64,000 bases of DNA from positions 1,120,001-1,184,000 of the forward strand of contig CBDCYI010000011.1 in assembly GCA_965224085.1 (NCBI GenBank), in the 5' to 3' direction. Made by a program: the position numbers and the translations under genes. This DNA is from Candidatus Marinacidobacterales bacterium. Its GTDB lineage: Bacteria; Acidobacteriota; Vicinamibacteria; Marinacidobacterales; SMYC01. This document shows positions 23,577-32,768 of the stretch, in pieces (position 1 is the stretch's first letter; the number at the start of each line of letters is the position of its first letter). The notes below the pieces were generated by a model that did not search any database, was not told where the DNA came from, and saw nothing but the letters and a program-made list of their open reading frames with translations.

Positions 23577-23604
23577 TGGCGGAGGCGGCGGGAATCGAAC
23601 CCGC
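23577..23604 (-). ncRNA. 3-prime fragment of tmRNA (T-arm plus acceptor strand), probable integration (att) site remnant
   Basis: Minus strand GCGGG-TTCGATT-CCCGC-CGCCTCC-G-CCA. CGCCTCC would give a G3.U70 pair with a GGGGGCG 5-prime end. No 5-prime half upstream. Confidence 0.7.
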
Positions 23605-23629
23605 ATCACAACGGACGAATGCGACGAAG

Positions 23630-23674
23630 AATCAGACACTTAGGTTGTCGGTTGGAGGTGCGAAGGAGGTGCGA
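23630..23674 (+). promoter_or_regulatory. IHF-consensus site plus two 10-bp direct repeats (putative integrase arm sites)
   Basis: AATCAGACACTTA fits WATCARNNNNTTR. GGAGGTGCGA at 23654-23663 and 23665-23674. Confidence 0.5.
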
Positions 23675-23746
23675 CCGAATCCGGTAAACGTCGATACCAT
23701 ACAATTTGTCAAATAGAATCTGAGGCCTGGCGCGCGCTTCAGAGGC

Positions 23747-23900
23747 TCAGATTCCGGCGTGTCTCGAGCGTTCGACCCAGTGCTCTTTCGCGAGTTCGAA
23801 GGCCTCTTCGAGCTGAGCGCGACGACCGTTTCTCGTCCCTTCACCCACTTGTCCGCCGCCTCACGGGCGCGGAAGAAGTGCATCTGGCTTCAGGTGGGGC
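23747..23900 (-). pseudogene. C-terminal remnant of a MerB (organomercurial lyase)-like putative selenoprotein
   Basis: PT-UGA-SQMHFFRAREAADKW...VVAL / EEAFELAKEHW resembles the MerB C..HFF...A..W...EAF segment. Frameshift near 23815. Confidence 0.55.
23846..23880 (-). promoter_or_regulatory. Putative bacterial SECIS hairpin
   Basis: CACTT-CT-TCCGC-GCC-CGTGA-GGC-G-GCGGA-C-AAGTG starts after a 9-nt spacer following UGA (23892-23890). The apical G is at +26 and is followed by U. Confidence 0.6.
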
Positions 23901-23932
23901 TAGTTGGTTCCCGTGAGTCCAAATAAACGGCC

Positions 23933-24391
23933 GTGGAAGCGTTGACCACGGGCATGCGTCTTCTAGCGACTTACAAACTACTGCTCGCTCTGCTCTTGAT
24001 CGCCGTGGCCTTCGAATTGGTGCCGTTGATCGACGAAGACCTCGTGGCGGTGGTTCACGTTTGGATCCTGCGGCTCCATGCCGACCCTCATCACCCCATC
24101 GTGCGCCTCGTTGTGCGCAAGGTTCTGTCGGTGCACATCGAGACCCTGAAGGAGGTCGCCCTTCTTACCGGCTTCCTCGGTGGCTTGCACCTCATCGAGG
24201 GGTTCGGGCTTTGGCTGAAAAAACTTTGGGCCGAGTACCTGTGTATCGTTTCCACTTGTGTATTCATCCCGCTGGAAGTCCACGAGCTGATTATTGACTT
24301 TCACGCGCTCTCGCTTTTCACGCTCTTAGTAAATATATCCGCCGTTTGGTATCTTGCGCGACGGATTAGACGGACGCGGACGTCGCCGTGA
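23933..24391 (+). CDS. DUF2127-family membrane protein
   Basis: IEGFGLW...WAEY...FIPLEVHEL pattern. Confidence 0.8.
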   Translation: MEALTTGMRLLATYKLLLALLLIAVAFELVPLIDEDLVAVVHVWILRLHADPHHPIVRLVVRKVLSVHIETLKEVALLTGFLGGLHLIEGFGLWLKKLWAEYLCIVSTCVFIPLEVHELIIDFHALSLFTLLVNISAVWYLARRIRRTRTSP

Positions 24392-24524
24392 TTCTTGCGG
24401 ACACGATTCGGCCGTACACGTGGCCATGGCGCCTTCCGCGACCTCCCTCATTGTCGAGGGCACCCTCGATTCGGGCGTAAAAGCTGAGCTCGTCTTACCG
24501 ACCTCAATGCGAGCCCGAGCAAGT

Positions 24525-25963
24525 TCAAATGACGTAGCCCGCGACGACGAAGGCGATGGCAGCGAGGCCGGCGGCGACGAAGCCGTACGGCATTTGCGTG
24601 ACCGCGTGACGATAGTTATCGCATCCCGCCGCGGCCGAGGACAAGATCGTTGCGTCAGAATAAAAACAGATATGCGCGCCCCAGACGCCTGCCGATAGAA
24701 CGGCCGCGACCGCGAGGATAGGGTCCGCTCCGTTCGTTTGCGATAGAGGAATGACGATGGGAAGTGCGATGACATACATGCCCCAGTTGGTGCCCGTGAT
24801 GAACTCGGTGACGCCGAGGACGAAGAACGTGATGACCGGCATCAGCGCGGGCGACATCAGAGGCGCGGCGCTATGAATGACATAGGCGGTGAAGCCTATC
24901 TGCTCGTTGGCTTCGGCAAAGGTGAAGGCGAGCACCATCATCATGAGCGGGAACAGCATGTTCTTGATGCCTTTGACGCTCAAGTCCGCGAACTCCGCTG
25001 CGCCGAGGAGATCCTGCACGACATAAATCACGAACATGAAGGCCATCGTGCTGACGACGCCTCTCGCCATGTCGACGTCGAAGTAGACAGTTGCGGCGAC
25101 AAGAAAGAACATGGGGGCGAAGAAGTTTACGAGTCGCGGCCGCTTGGGAACGTGCGGCGCTTTGCCGGCTTTGATATCGATCTTCTCCGAGCCGGGTGGC
25201 GCGAGAACGCCGGTCTCGAATGAGCGTTCCTCGGCGCGTTTCATTGGCCCGAAAACGGGGATAACGCCGAGGATGACGAGCGGCACGATCGCGGCTGCGA
25301 ACCAGGCGTAAAAATTATAGGGGATCGTCTTCAAGAAATAGACGAGACCTTCGCCCTCCGCGGCGAGGCCGTTCGATTCGAGCAAGCGTCCGACGAAAAC
25401 ACCCCAGGTCGAGATCGGGATTAGCACGCATACCGGCGCGGCGGTCGAATCGACGACATAGGCGAGCATCTCGCGCGAGACTTTGTGGCGGTCGGTGACG
25501 GACGCCATCGACGAGCCCACCGTGAGAGAGTTGAGATAGTCATCGATGAAAATCGCCATCCGAGCACCCACGCCCATAGAAGGGAGCTCTCTCGGGACTT
25601 CGCCCTTCGTGAGACCCAATCGCCGAAAGCGAAAGAGCCGCCGGCATGCTCAATGAGCGCGATGATGCTTCCCATCAGTCCGCAGACGAGAAAGAGCCAC
25701 GCCATGTCCTCGCTCATCAAGACCTTCATCACGGCGTCGTTGAAGGCTTCAAAAAAGCCGCCGCGGTGAACCATCAGGAAACCCATGAGCGAGGCGAGGA
25801 TGAGCGCTTCGAGAATGCGCTTCGTCCAGAAGATATAGACGATCAGGAAGAGCGAGGGGACGAGCGTCAGCAGACCGAACGTTCGCGGATCTTCCGGCAG
25901 ATAGTGCCCGAAGACGCTGATGATGACGGTGACGATTCCAGCGACGAGGAGTGCGCGGCGCAT
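24525..25963 (-). pseudogene. Na+/H+ antiporter NhaC-family transporter, frameshift near 25560
   Basis: IFIDDYLNSLTVG, SREMLAYVVDSTAAP, GTNWG, SDATILSS; split over ORFs 25421-26050 and 24525-25619. Confidence 0.8.
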
Positions 25964-25976
25964 AGTTGACGCGGCG

Positions 25977-26219
25977 TCAGTCGGCGAGTGCCACGAGCTG
26001 CTGGACAGCGCGATGCGCTTGGTCGATAGCACGGTCCGCGTAGGCTTCACCGCCGGCGTCGGAATTCGCTATGGCCATTCGTCCAAAGGGCTTCCGGCCC
26101 AAGACGCAAGGCTTGTCGTCGGTGGACTCTGGCTCGCCGAGATAGGCATATTCGTAGGCGAGGAAGTCCCGGCGCGTGATGTCGCGACCCATGCCCAACT
26201 CCAAATCTCTACGACGCAT
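25977..26219 (-). pseudogene. Spermidine dehydrogenase-like flavoprotein reduced to fused N- and C-termini
   Basis: LGMGRDITRRDFL is joined in frame to AYEY...GRKPFGRMAIANSDAG..AY...AIDQAHRAV. GGAGG RBS present. Confidence 0.75.
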
Positions 26220-26320
26220 GTCACCTCCCGACTCAGCGGTCGAGACTAACATACGTTCGAGAAGACTTGTGCTTGGTCGCGAGAACGTGGTCTACTTATT
26301 GCTTCGAGGCGACAATTCAG

Positions 26321-26779
26321 ATGAGAATTGAACGCGGATCGTTTCGGATCGACTTCGCCCGAGAGCTCGTCGAAGAAGTCCTTGCCGCCGCCGCGAAAGC
26401 GGCTGACGCCCACGATCGGGACGTCTTCCGACAAGAAAAGGCCGTGATCGACGGTATCGAGATCGTGGATATTCGTGAGGAACGTCTCAACGCGCTCGAC
26501 CTACATTGGATGGAGCAGTTTCACATCTCGGATTCTTTCGAGCGCGTGCTCGGCAGCCATCCTGGGCTCGAGGATTCCATTTCGGAATGTGTGCTCCGGC
26601 TGGCGCGTTCGACGGAGGATGAAAAGGCTTTTCTTTACGCGTCGCACGCGACTTTGAAGCGCGATGACAAGAAGCCTGTTCTTGTCGTGCAGCTGATGGC
26701 CGCTTCGCTGCTTTCGATCGAACGGCTACGGGAGCTTCTGGCGCCTCCGCTCACGAATGCGCAGCGCCAGCGTTCCTGA
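26321..26779 (+). CDS. Hypothetical protein
   Basis: 152 aa ORF with plausible codon usage; no motif recognised. Confidence 0.5.
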   Translation: MRIERGSFRIDFARELVEEVLAAAAKAADAHDRDVFRQEKAVIDGIEIVDIREERLNALDLHWMEQFHISDSFERVLGSHPGLEDSISECVLRLARSTEDEKAFLYASHATLKRDDKKPVLVVQLMAASLLSIERLRELLAPPLTNAQRQRS

Positions 26780-26784
26780 GCGCG

Positions 26785-27330
26785 TTACCTGTCCTGCCCG
26801 GCGTCGCGCAGGCGCGGCTTCACGTCGTCGGGGGGCTCGATCTGAAAGGCATTCAACGACAACGCCACCAACGTGTAGTAGCCGATGAGAATCGTGAGCT
26901 CTGTGATGCTGCGCTCCCCAATGTGCTCGAGCGTGTCCGCGAACACTTCGTCGGTAACAAAGTGCTCGTGCAACAGTTCGCGCGTGTAGTGGTAAACGGC
27001 GCTTTCGTCCGAGAGCTTGAAAGAGGGCGTTTCGCGGCGGCCTATGGAATCGATCGTATCGGCTGAGAGCCCGGCCTCGAGGGCGGCGGTCTCGTGAATC
27101 GACCACTCGAGCTGTGCCTCCCAGAAGCGCGCCGTGACGAGGATCGCAAGCTCGCTGAGACGCCGATCGAAGCTCGTCTTGTAGCGAGCGAGCTCTCCAA
27201 GTCGTTGAGCCCGCTCGGCAAATTCCGGGCTGTGAAGCCAGGCGCGAAACGGCCTGTGGAGGCTCCCCCGGGACGCTAGAACGGCGTCATAGACCTTGGA
27301 TTGCTCGGGGGAGAGATGGTGTCTCTCTAG
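26785..27330 (-). pseudogene. Carboxymuconolactone decarboxylase-family gene interrupted by the IS dimer (start codon GTG at 30728, RBS at 30736-30740)
   Basis: Open frame LERHHLSPEQSKVYD...PFRAWLHSPE...ELAILVTAR..EWSIH...LIGYYTLVA runs up to the IS end. VSRIP lies beyond the second IS. Confidence 0.8.
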
Positions 27331-27333
27331 CTA

Positions 27334-29017
27334 GTACCCGTCCTGACAGGTGTAAGAGGTTGAGAAAAAAGGGGTAATCGCAAATTTAGGGCTAGCCTTC
27401 TGAGGGAGTGTCGTTTAGTATCGAGTCGACAAAAACGCAGATTCTAAACGACTTAACTCCAAAGGAGACCAGCCCTAAATGCGAAAAACGATCAACCCAC
27501 AACCAAGCCTATGCGAGCCCTGGCTGGAGGTGGAGCACGCGCGCGAGCTCGAAGCGATCTCGTCGGTGCTCGATGCCCATCCTAAGCTCAATGAGTTGGT
27601 ACTGCAAGACCTGAGGTCGGTCACCCCATCGGCAGGGAGCGATGTTGGTCGTGGGGGAATGAGCGCGGAGCAGGTTCTCCGTGCGTTGTTGGTCAAGCAG
27701 CTGAATCAGTTCACCTATCGGGAGCTGGCGTTTCACTTGGCAGACTCTCGAAGCTATCGGACGTTTTGCCAGCTCGGCATCATAGAGCCGAGCCCGTCGA
27801 AGTCGACCCTAGCAGCAAACATCAAAGCCGTGAAGTTCGAAACGCTGGAGAAAATCAACCGAGAGTTGGTGAGTGTTGCCGAGAAGACCGCGATCGAAAA
27901 AGGAAGAAAAGTACGAGTGGACTGCACGGTAGTGGAGTCGAATATTCATTCTCCTACGGACTCCGAGCTTCTTTATGACTGCGTCCGAGTTCTCACTCGC
28001 CTCATGTGCCGAACTCGCGAACTGCTGGGTACAGTAGTGGTCTTCGGCAATCGAACGCGTCGAGCGAAGAGACGTCGACTGGGAGTTCTAAACGCGAAGG
28101 ATAAGGAACAAAGGCGTCGCGTCTATCGAGATCTACTGAAGGTGTCGGAAGAAACCTATCGCTCCGCTCAACGCGTTGCAGACCAGTTGGACGAGTCCGG
28201 CTTGACCGAGCCGGTGAAGCGAGCGAGTGCGGAGAAGATCGCCGCGGATTTTAAGCACTTTCTCGTCCTCACCGAAAAAGTCATCAACCAAACTCGGCGT
28301 AGAGTGATTGATGAAGAGCGTGTGCCTGCGGAGGAAAAGGTCGTTTCGATCTTCGAAGAACACACCGACATTATTCGCAAAGACCGGCGCGAGACTCTCT
28401 ACGGTCACAAGGTGTGTTTGACTGGTGGCTCGTCCTCGATGATTTTGGATTGCGTGATCTTGGATGGGAATCCGTCCGATTCAACTCTCGCGGAAACCAT
28501 GATCGACCGTCAAGTCGAACTCTACGAACGGGCCCCGCGCCAGGTTGCCTACGATGGCGCGTTTTCTTCAAAGGCAAACTTGGAAGCCATCAAAGGCAAG
28601 GGAGTTGAAGATGTTGCCTTTACCAAGGCTCACTTCGCGGTGACCGATATGGTCAAGAGTTCCTGGGTCTATCAACGCCTACGGCGATTTCGCTGCGGAA
28701 TCGAAGGCGTCATTTCGTTCTTGAAACGAGTCTTTGGTCTCGACCGATGCACATGGCGCTCATTGCCTTCTTTCAAATCCTACGTATGGAGTTCCATCAT
28801 CACCTGCAACCTGTTGGTAATGGCAAGGCACCTATTACGATAATAATGATTACTCTTACTGCGTTTATAGCCATGGATTGCTGACGATTCGCCTCTCGTT
28901 TCGTCCAAGATTTTCATTCGCTTCCGAGCCTACGAGGTGCCGACTGAAAACGTATAATACCCACATCTTCGATAGGCCTCTCGTACACCACAAGTTATGG
29001 TGTTTCTGGACAGGAAC
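27334..29017 (+). mobile_element. ISNCY (ISDol1-like) insertion sequence, copy 1
   Basis: Ends GTACCCGTCCTGA and TCTGGACAGGAAC form an imperfect IR, flanked by TAGCTA. The exact end versus TSD boundary is ambiguous within CTAGCTAG. Confidence 0.85.
27479..28843 (+). CDS. DDE transposase (ISNCY/IS5-like)
   Basis: Motifs RVDCTVVESNIHSPTDS, VSIFEEHTDII, YDGAF, RFRCGIEGVISFLKR. Confidence 0.92.
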   Translation: MRKTINPQPSLCEPWLEVEHARELEAISSVLDAHPKLNELVLQDLRSVTPSAGSDVGRGGMSAEQVLRALLVKQLNQFTYRELAFHLADSRSYRTFCQLGIIEPSPSKSTLAANIKAVKFETLEKINRELVSVAEKTAIEKGRKVRVDCTVVESNIHSPTDSELLYDCVRVLTRLMCRTRELLGTVVVFGNRTRRAKRRRLGVLNAKDKEQRRRVYRDLLKVSEETYRSAQRVADQLDESGLTEPVKRASAEKIAADFKHFLVLTEKVINQTRRRVIDEERVPAEEKVVSIFEEHTDIIRKDRRETLYGHKVCLTGGSSSMILDCVILDGNPSDSTLAETMIDRQVELYERAPRQVAYDGAFSSKANLEAIKGKGVEDVAFTKAHFAVTDMVKSSWVYQRLRRFRCGIEGVISFLKRVFGLDRCTWRSLPSFKSYVWSSIITCNLLVMARHLLR

Positions 29018-29023
29018 TAGCTA

Positions 29024-30707
29024 GTACCCGTCCTGACAGGTGTAAGAGGTTGAGAAAAAAGGGGTAATCGCAAATTTAGGGCTAGCCTTCTGAGGGAGTG
29101 TCGTTTAGTATCGAGTCGACAAAAACGCAGATTCTAAACGACTTAACTCCAAAGGAGACCAGCCCTAAATGCGAAAAACGATCAACCCACAACCAAGCCT
29201 TCGCGAGCCCTGGCTGGAGCTGGAGCACGCACGCGAGCTCGAAACGATATCATCGCTGCTCGATGCCCATCCTAAGCTCAATGAGCTGGTACTGCAAGAC
29301 CTGAGGTCGGTCACCCCATCGGCAGGGAGCGATGTTGGTCGTGGGGGAATGAGCGCGGAGCAGGTTCTCCGGGCGTTGTTGGTCAAGCAGCTGAATCAGT
29401 TCACCTATCGGGAGCTGGCGTTTCACTTGGCAGACTCTCGAAGCTATCGGACGTTTTGCCAGCTCGGCATCATAGAGCCGAGCCCGTCGAAGTCGACCCT
29501 AGCAGCAAACATCAAAGCCGTGAAGTTCGAAACGCTGGAGAAAATCAACCGAGAGTTGGTGAGTGTTGCCGAGAAGACCGCGATCGAAAAAGGAAGAAAA
29601 GTACGAGTGGACTGCACGGTAGTGGAGTCGAATATTCATTCTCCTACGGACTCCGAGCTTCTTTATGACTGCGTCCGAGTTCTCACTCGCCTCATGTGCC
29701 GAACTCGCGAACTGCTGGGTACAGTAGTGGTCTTCGGCAATCGAACGCGTCGAGCGAAGAGACGTCGACTGGGAGTTCTAAACGCGAAGGATAAGGAACA
29801 AAGGCGTCGCGTCTATCGAGATCTACTGAAGGTGTCGGAAGAAACCTATCGCTCCGCTCAACGCGTTGCAGACCAGTTGGACGAGTCCGGCTTGACCGAG
29901 CCGGTGAAGCGAGCGAGTGCGGAGAAGATCGCCGCGGATTTTAAGCACTTTCTCGTCCTCACCGAAAAAGTCATCAACCAAACTCGGCGTAGAGTGATTG
30001 ATGAAGAGCGTGTGCCTGCGGAGGAAAAGGTCGTTTCGATCTTCGAAGAACACACCGACATTATTCGCAAAGACCGGCGCGAGACTCTCTACGGTCACAA
30101 GGTGTGTTTGACTGGTGGCTCGTCCTCGATGATTTTGGATTGCGTGATCTTGGATGGGAATCCGTCCGATTCAACTCTCGCGGAAACCATGATCGACCGT
30201 CAAGTCGAACTCTACGAACGGGCCCCGCGCCAGGTTGCCTACGATGGCGCGTTTTCTTCAAAGGCAAACTTGGAAGCCATCAAAGGCAAGGGAGTTGAAG
30301 ATGTTGCCTTTACCAAGGCTCACTTCGCGGTGACCGATATGGTCAAGAGTTCCTGGGTCTATCAACGCCTACGGCGATTTCGCTGCGGAATCGAAGGCGT
30401 CATTTCGTTCTTGAAACGAGTCTTTGGTCTCGACCGATGCACATGGCGCTCATTGCCTTCTTTCAAATCCTACGTATGGAGTTCCATCATCACCTGCAAC
30501 CTGTTGGTAATGGCAAGGCACCTATTACGATAATAATGATTACTCTTACTGCGTTTATAGCCATGGATTGCTGACGATTCGCCTCTCGTTTCGTCCAAGA
30601 TTTTCATTCGCTTCCGAGCCTACGAGGTGCCGACTGAAAACGTATAATACCCACATCTTCGATAGGCCTCTCGTACACCACAAGTTATGGTGTTTCTGGA
30701 CAGGAAC
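29024..30707 (+). mobile_element. ISNCY (ISDol1-like) insertion sequence, copy 2, head-to-tail with copy 1
   Basis: 1690-bp period; near-identical to copy 1. Confidence 0.85.
29169..30533 (+). CDS. DDE transposase, copy 2
   Basis: Identical to copy 1 except four N-terminal residues. Confidence 0.92.
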   Translation: MRKTINPQPSLREPWLELEHARELETISSLLDAHPKLNELVLQDLRSVTPSAGSDVGRGGMSAEQVLRALLVKQLNQFTYRELAFHLADSRSYRTFCQLGIIEPSPSKSTLAANIKAVKFETLEKINRELVSVAEKTAIEKGRKVRVDCTVVESNIHSPTDSELLYDCVRVLTRLMCRTRELLGTVVVFGNRTRRAKRRRLGVLNAKDKEQRRRVYRDLLKVSEETYRSAQRVADQLDESGLTEPVKRASAEKIAADFKHFLVLTEKVINQTRRRVIDEERVPAEEKVVSIFEEHTDIIRKDRRETLYGHKVCLTGGSSSMILDCVILDGNPSDSTLAETMIDRQVELYERAPRQVAYDGAFSSKANLEAIKGKGVEDVAFTKAHFAVTDMVKSSWVYQRLRRFRCGIEGVISFLKRVFGLDRCTWRSLPSFKSYVWSSIITCNLLVMARHLLR

Positions 30708-30832
30708 TAGCTAGGGGATCCGACTCACCGTGGTACCTCCTGATTTCGGAAACGTGTGGTCAATATTAATAGAAGACACCGCGAAGCCCAACCCCTTACG
30801 TCCATTTAGCCGGTAAATGATACTGTACGAAG

Positions 30833-31888
30833 ATGAAGTCCAAAGCCTGTGCCGGTGGCGTTCTCACGGTGCTCTTGATCCTCGCTGGCTGCGCGCCGCC
30901 CGCTCCTGAGTGGGAGCTCGCGAATCCTATCGAGCCACTTCCCGAGCCGCCGCTTGGCGTTACGCACACGTTCGATGAGCTCGAGGATCCGCCGACGCCC
31001 GAGACCGCGCGCCTCGGCAAATGGCTCTTCTACGACACGCGCCTTTCCGCCGACAACACCGTTTCTTGCGCTACGTGCCACCGCCCGGAGAACGCTTTCT
31101 CCGAACCGACGCCCGTATCGACCGGTATCCATGGCCAAAAGGGAGGCCGCAAGGCGCCGACCTTCATCAACGCAACCTGGGCACTGTTGCCACACACCTT
31201 TTGGGACGGACGCGCGGGCTCGCTCGAAGACCAGGCGCTCGGTCCCGTCGCGAACCCCATCGAGATGGGGAACACCCACGAGCAGATGATCGCGACATTG
31301 CAAGCCGCCGAGAGCTACGCAAGATACTTCGAAGAGGCCTTCGGCACCCCGGAGATCACAACCGACCGAGTCGCCAAAGCCATCGCGGATTACGAGCGAA
31401 CCCGGATGAGCGGGAACGCACCCTATGACCGCTGGAAGGATGGCGACGAGAGCGCCGTCTCGGATGCCGTGAAGCTCGGCGACGAGCTCTTCTTCGACAA
31501 AGCCAGCTGCAACCAGTGCCATCTGGGATACAACTTCACCGACGCGCTCTTTCACAACCTCGGCGTAGGCTGGGACCCGGAAACCGAGGCGTTCGCCGAC
31601 AAAGGCCGCGGCGAAATCACTGGCGACGAGAGCGAGCTAGGTGCCTTCAAAACCCCCACCGTACGCGAAGTGACCAAGCGCGCTCCGTACATGCACGACG
31701 GCTCAATAGAAACCTTGCGCGAAGTCGTCGAGCTCTACAACCGAGGCGGCGACGAAAACCCCCACCTGGACCCAAAGATCCAACCCCTCAACCTGACCGA
31801 GGAAGAGATCGACGCCCTAGTAGCAATGATGGAATCCCTAGAAGGCGAGTCCTACATGGACACCGCCCCCAGCGCCTTTCCGCAGTAA
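30833..31888 (+). CDS. Di-heme cytochrome c peroxidase / MauG family lipoprotein
   Basis: Lipobox LAGC; CATCH and CNQCH; FWDGRA, FKTPTVR, APYMHDG. Confidence 0.92.
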   Translation: MKSKACAGGVLTVLLILAGCAPPAPEWELANPIEPLPEPPLGVTHTFDELEDPPTPETARLGKWLFYDTRLSADNTVSCATCHRPENAFSEPTPVSTGIHGQKGGRKAPTFINATWALLPHTFWDGRAGSLEDQALGPVANPIEMGNTHEQMIATLQAAESYARYFEEAFGTPEITTDRVAKAIADYERTRMSGNAPYDRWKDGDESAVSDAVKLGDELFFDKASCNQCHLGYNFTDALFHNLGVGWDPETEAFADKGRGEITGDESELGAFKTPTVREVTKRAPYMHDGSIETLREVVELYNRGGDENPHLDPKIQPLNLTEEEIDALVAMMESLEGESYMDTAPSAFPQ

Positions 31889-31935
31889 GGAAATGTAGCC
31901 GGAAGCAGGCAGCGGGTAGCGATACGAAATACGGA

Positions 31936-32760
31936 TCAGAACCGAATCACGATGCCGCCGGTCACCTGAAAATAAATAGGCTCGAGCTCGATCGGATCGA
32001 GCTCGTTCTCGAGCTGCCCGAGCAAGAGCTCCTCGAGCTCTGTCGTCGGCGCCTGGACGCCTTCCCACGCGAACCGATGTTGCTTGAAGCGATAGACGCG
32101 TCCTTCGAATGTGATGGCGACCTTTTCCGAGACGTCGAGCTCGAGGCCCGCGCCTCCGTTGATCCCCCACCGACTTTCGTCAGGTGTGACGGGCGTCGCC
32201 ACGGCCGTCACACCCACCGTCGCCACCCGAAGCAGCTGGAATCCCAACGCCGTCACGCCGAGCCCGAGCTCTTGAGAGGCATCGAGACGAAGATTCGGCA
32301 AATAGCTGAGGCCTCCCGAGACCATGAATCGTGCCGCGCCCCGAATGCGTAATTTGAAATTAGCCGAGAACGGGTAGAGCCGTCCGACGTTCACTTCACC
32401 CCGACCGAGGTCGACGGTCGTGCTCACCGGCGGAAGCGGCGCGGGAAGCTCCGCTTCTGCGATGAAACTTGGCGCGATCGTATCGATCTGGAAGTCGACA
32501 CTGTCCACCCGGCCTTCGATGCCAAACAAATCCGTGAAGTAGTAGGCGACGCTCCCGCCAAAGGCAAAAGAGCCGCGCGCTTTCAAGGAGAACTCGCCCG
32601 GTTGACGGATGTCGACGCCCGGAAAGGTGGGGAGTCCAAGATCGGGTTCATAAGTGAAAGTCTTCTCGAAAGTGGGGGCTGTCCAGCCGCCGAGAAACGC
32701 GATCTCCCAGCCGGCTTCGGCAGGCGAGCCGGCGACGAGGAGCACACCAATCGCTGCCAT
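31936..32760 (-). CDS. Outer-membrane beta-barrel protein
   Basis: Signal peptide, amphipathic strands, terminal Phe (GGIVIRF). Confidence 0.65.
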   Translation of the reverse strand: MAAIGVLLVAGSPAEAGWEIAFLGGWTAPTFEKTFTYEPDLGLPTFPGVDIRQPGEFSLKARGSFAFGGSVAYYFTDLFGIEGRVDSVDFQIDTIAPSFIAEAELPAPLPPVSTTVDLGRGEVNVGRLYPFSANFKLRIRGAARFMVSGGLSYLPNLRLDASQELGLGVTALGFQLLRVATVGVTAVATPVTPDESRWGINGGAGLELDVSEKVAITFEGRVYRFKQHRFAWEGVQAPTTELEELLLGQLENELDPIELEPIYFQVTGGIVIRF

Positions 32761-32768
32761 GTGTCGCT

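Noticed and set aside
23577-23604. Complete tRNA or tRNA-Sec gene
   Set aside because: No D-arm, anticodon arm or matching 5-prime acceptor strand upstream.
20408-23903. CTAG as a shared motif at deletion junctions
   Set aside because: Present at only two non-IS junctions (20408 and 23900); most breakpoints lack it.
30712-30714. Pyrrolysine readthrough of the amber codon
   Set aside because: No pyl genes seen, and the codon is in a non-catalytic N-terminal position at an IS junction.
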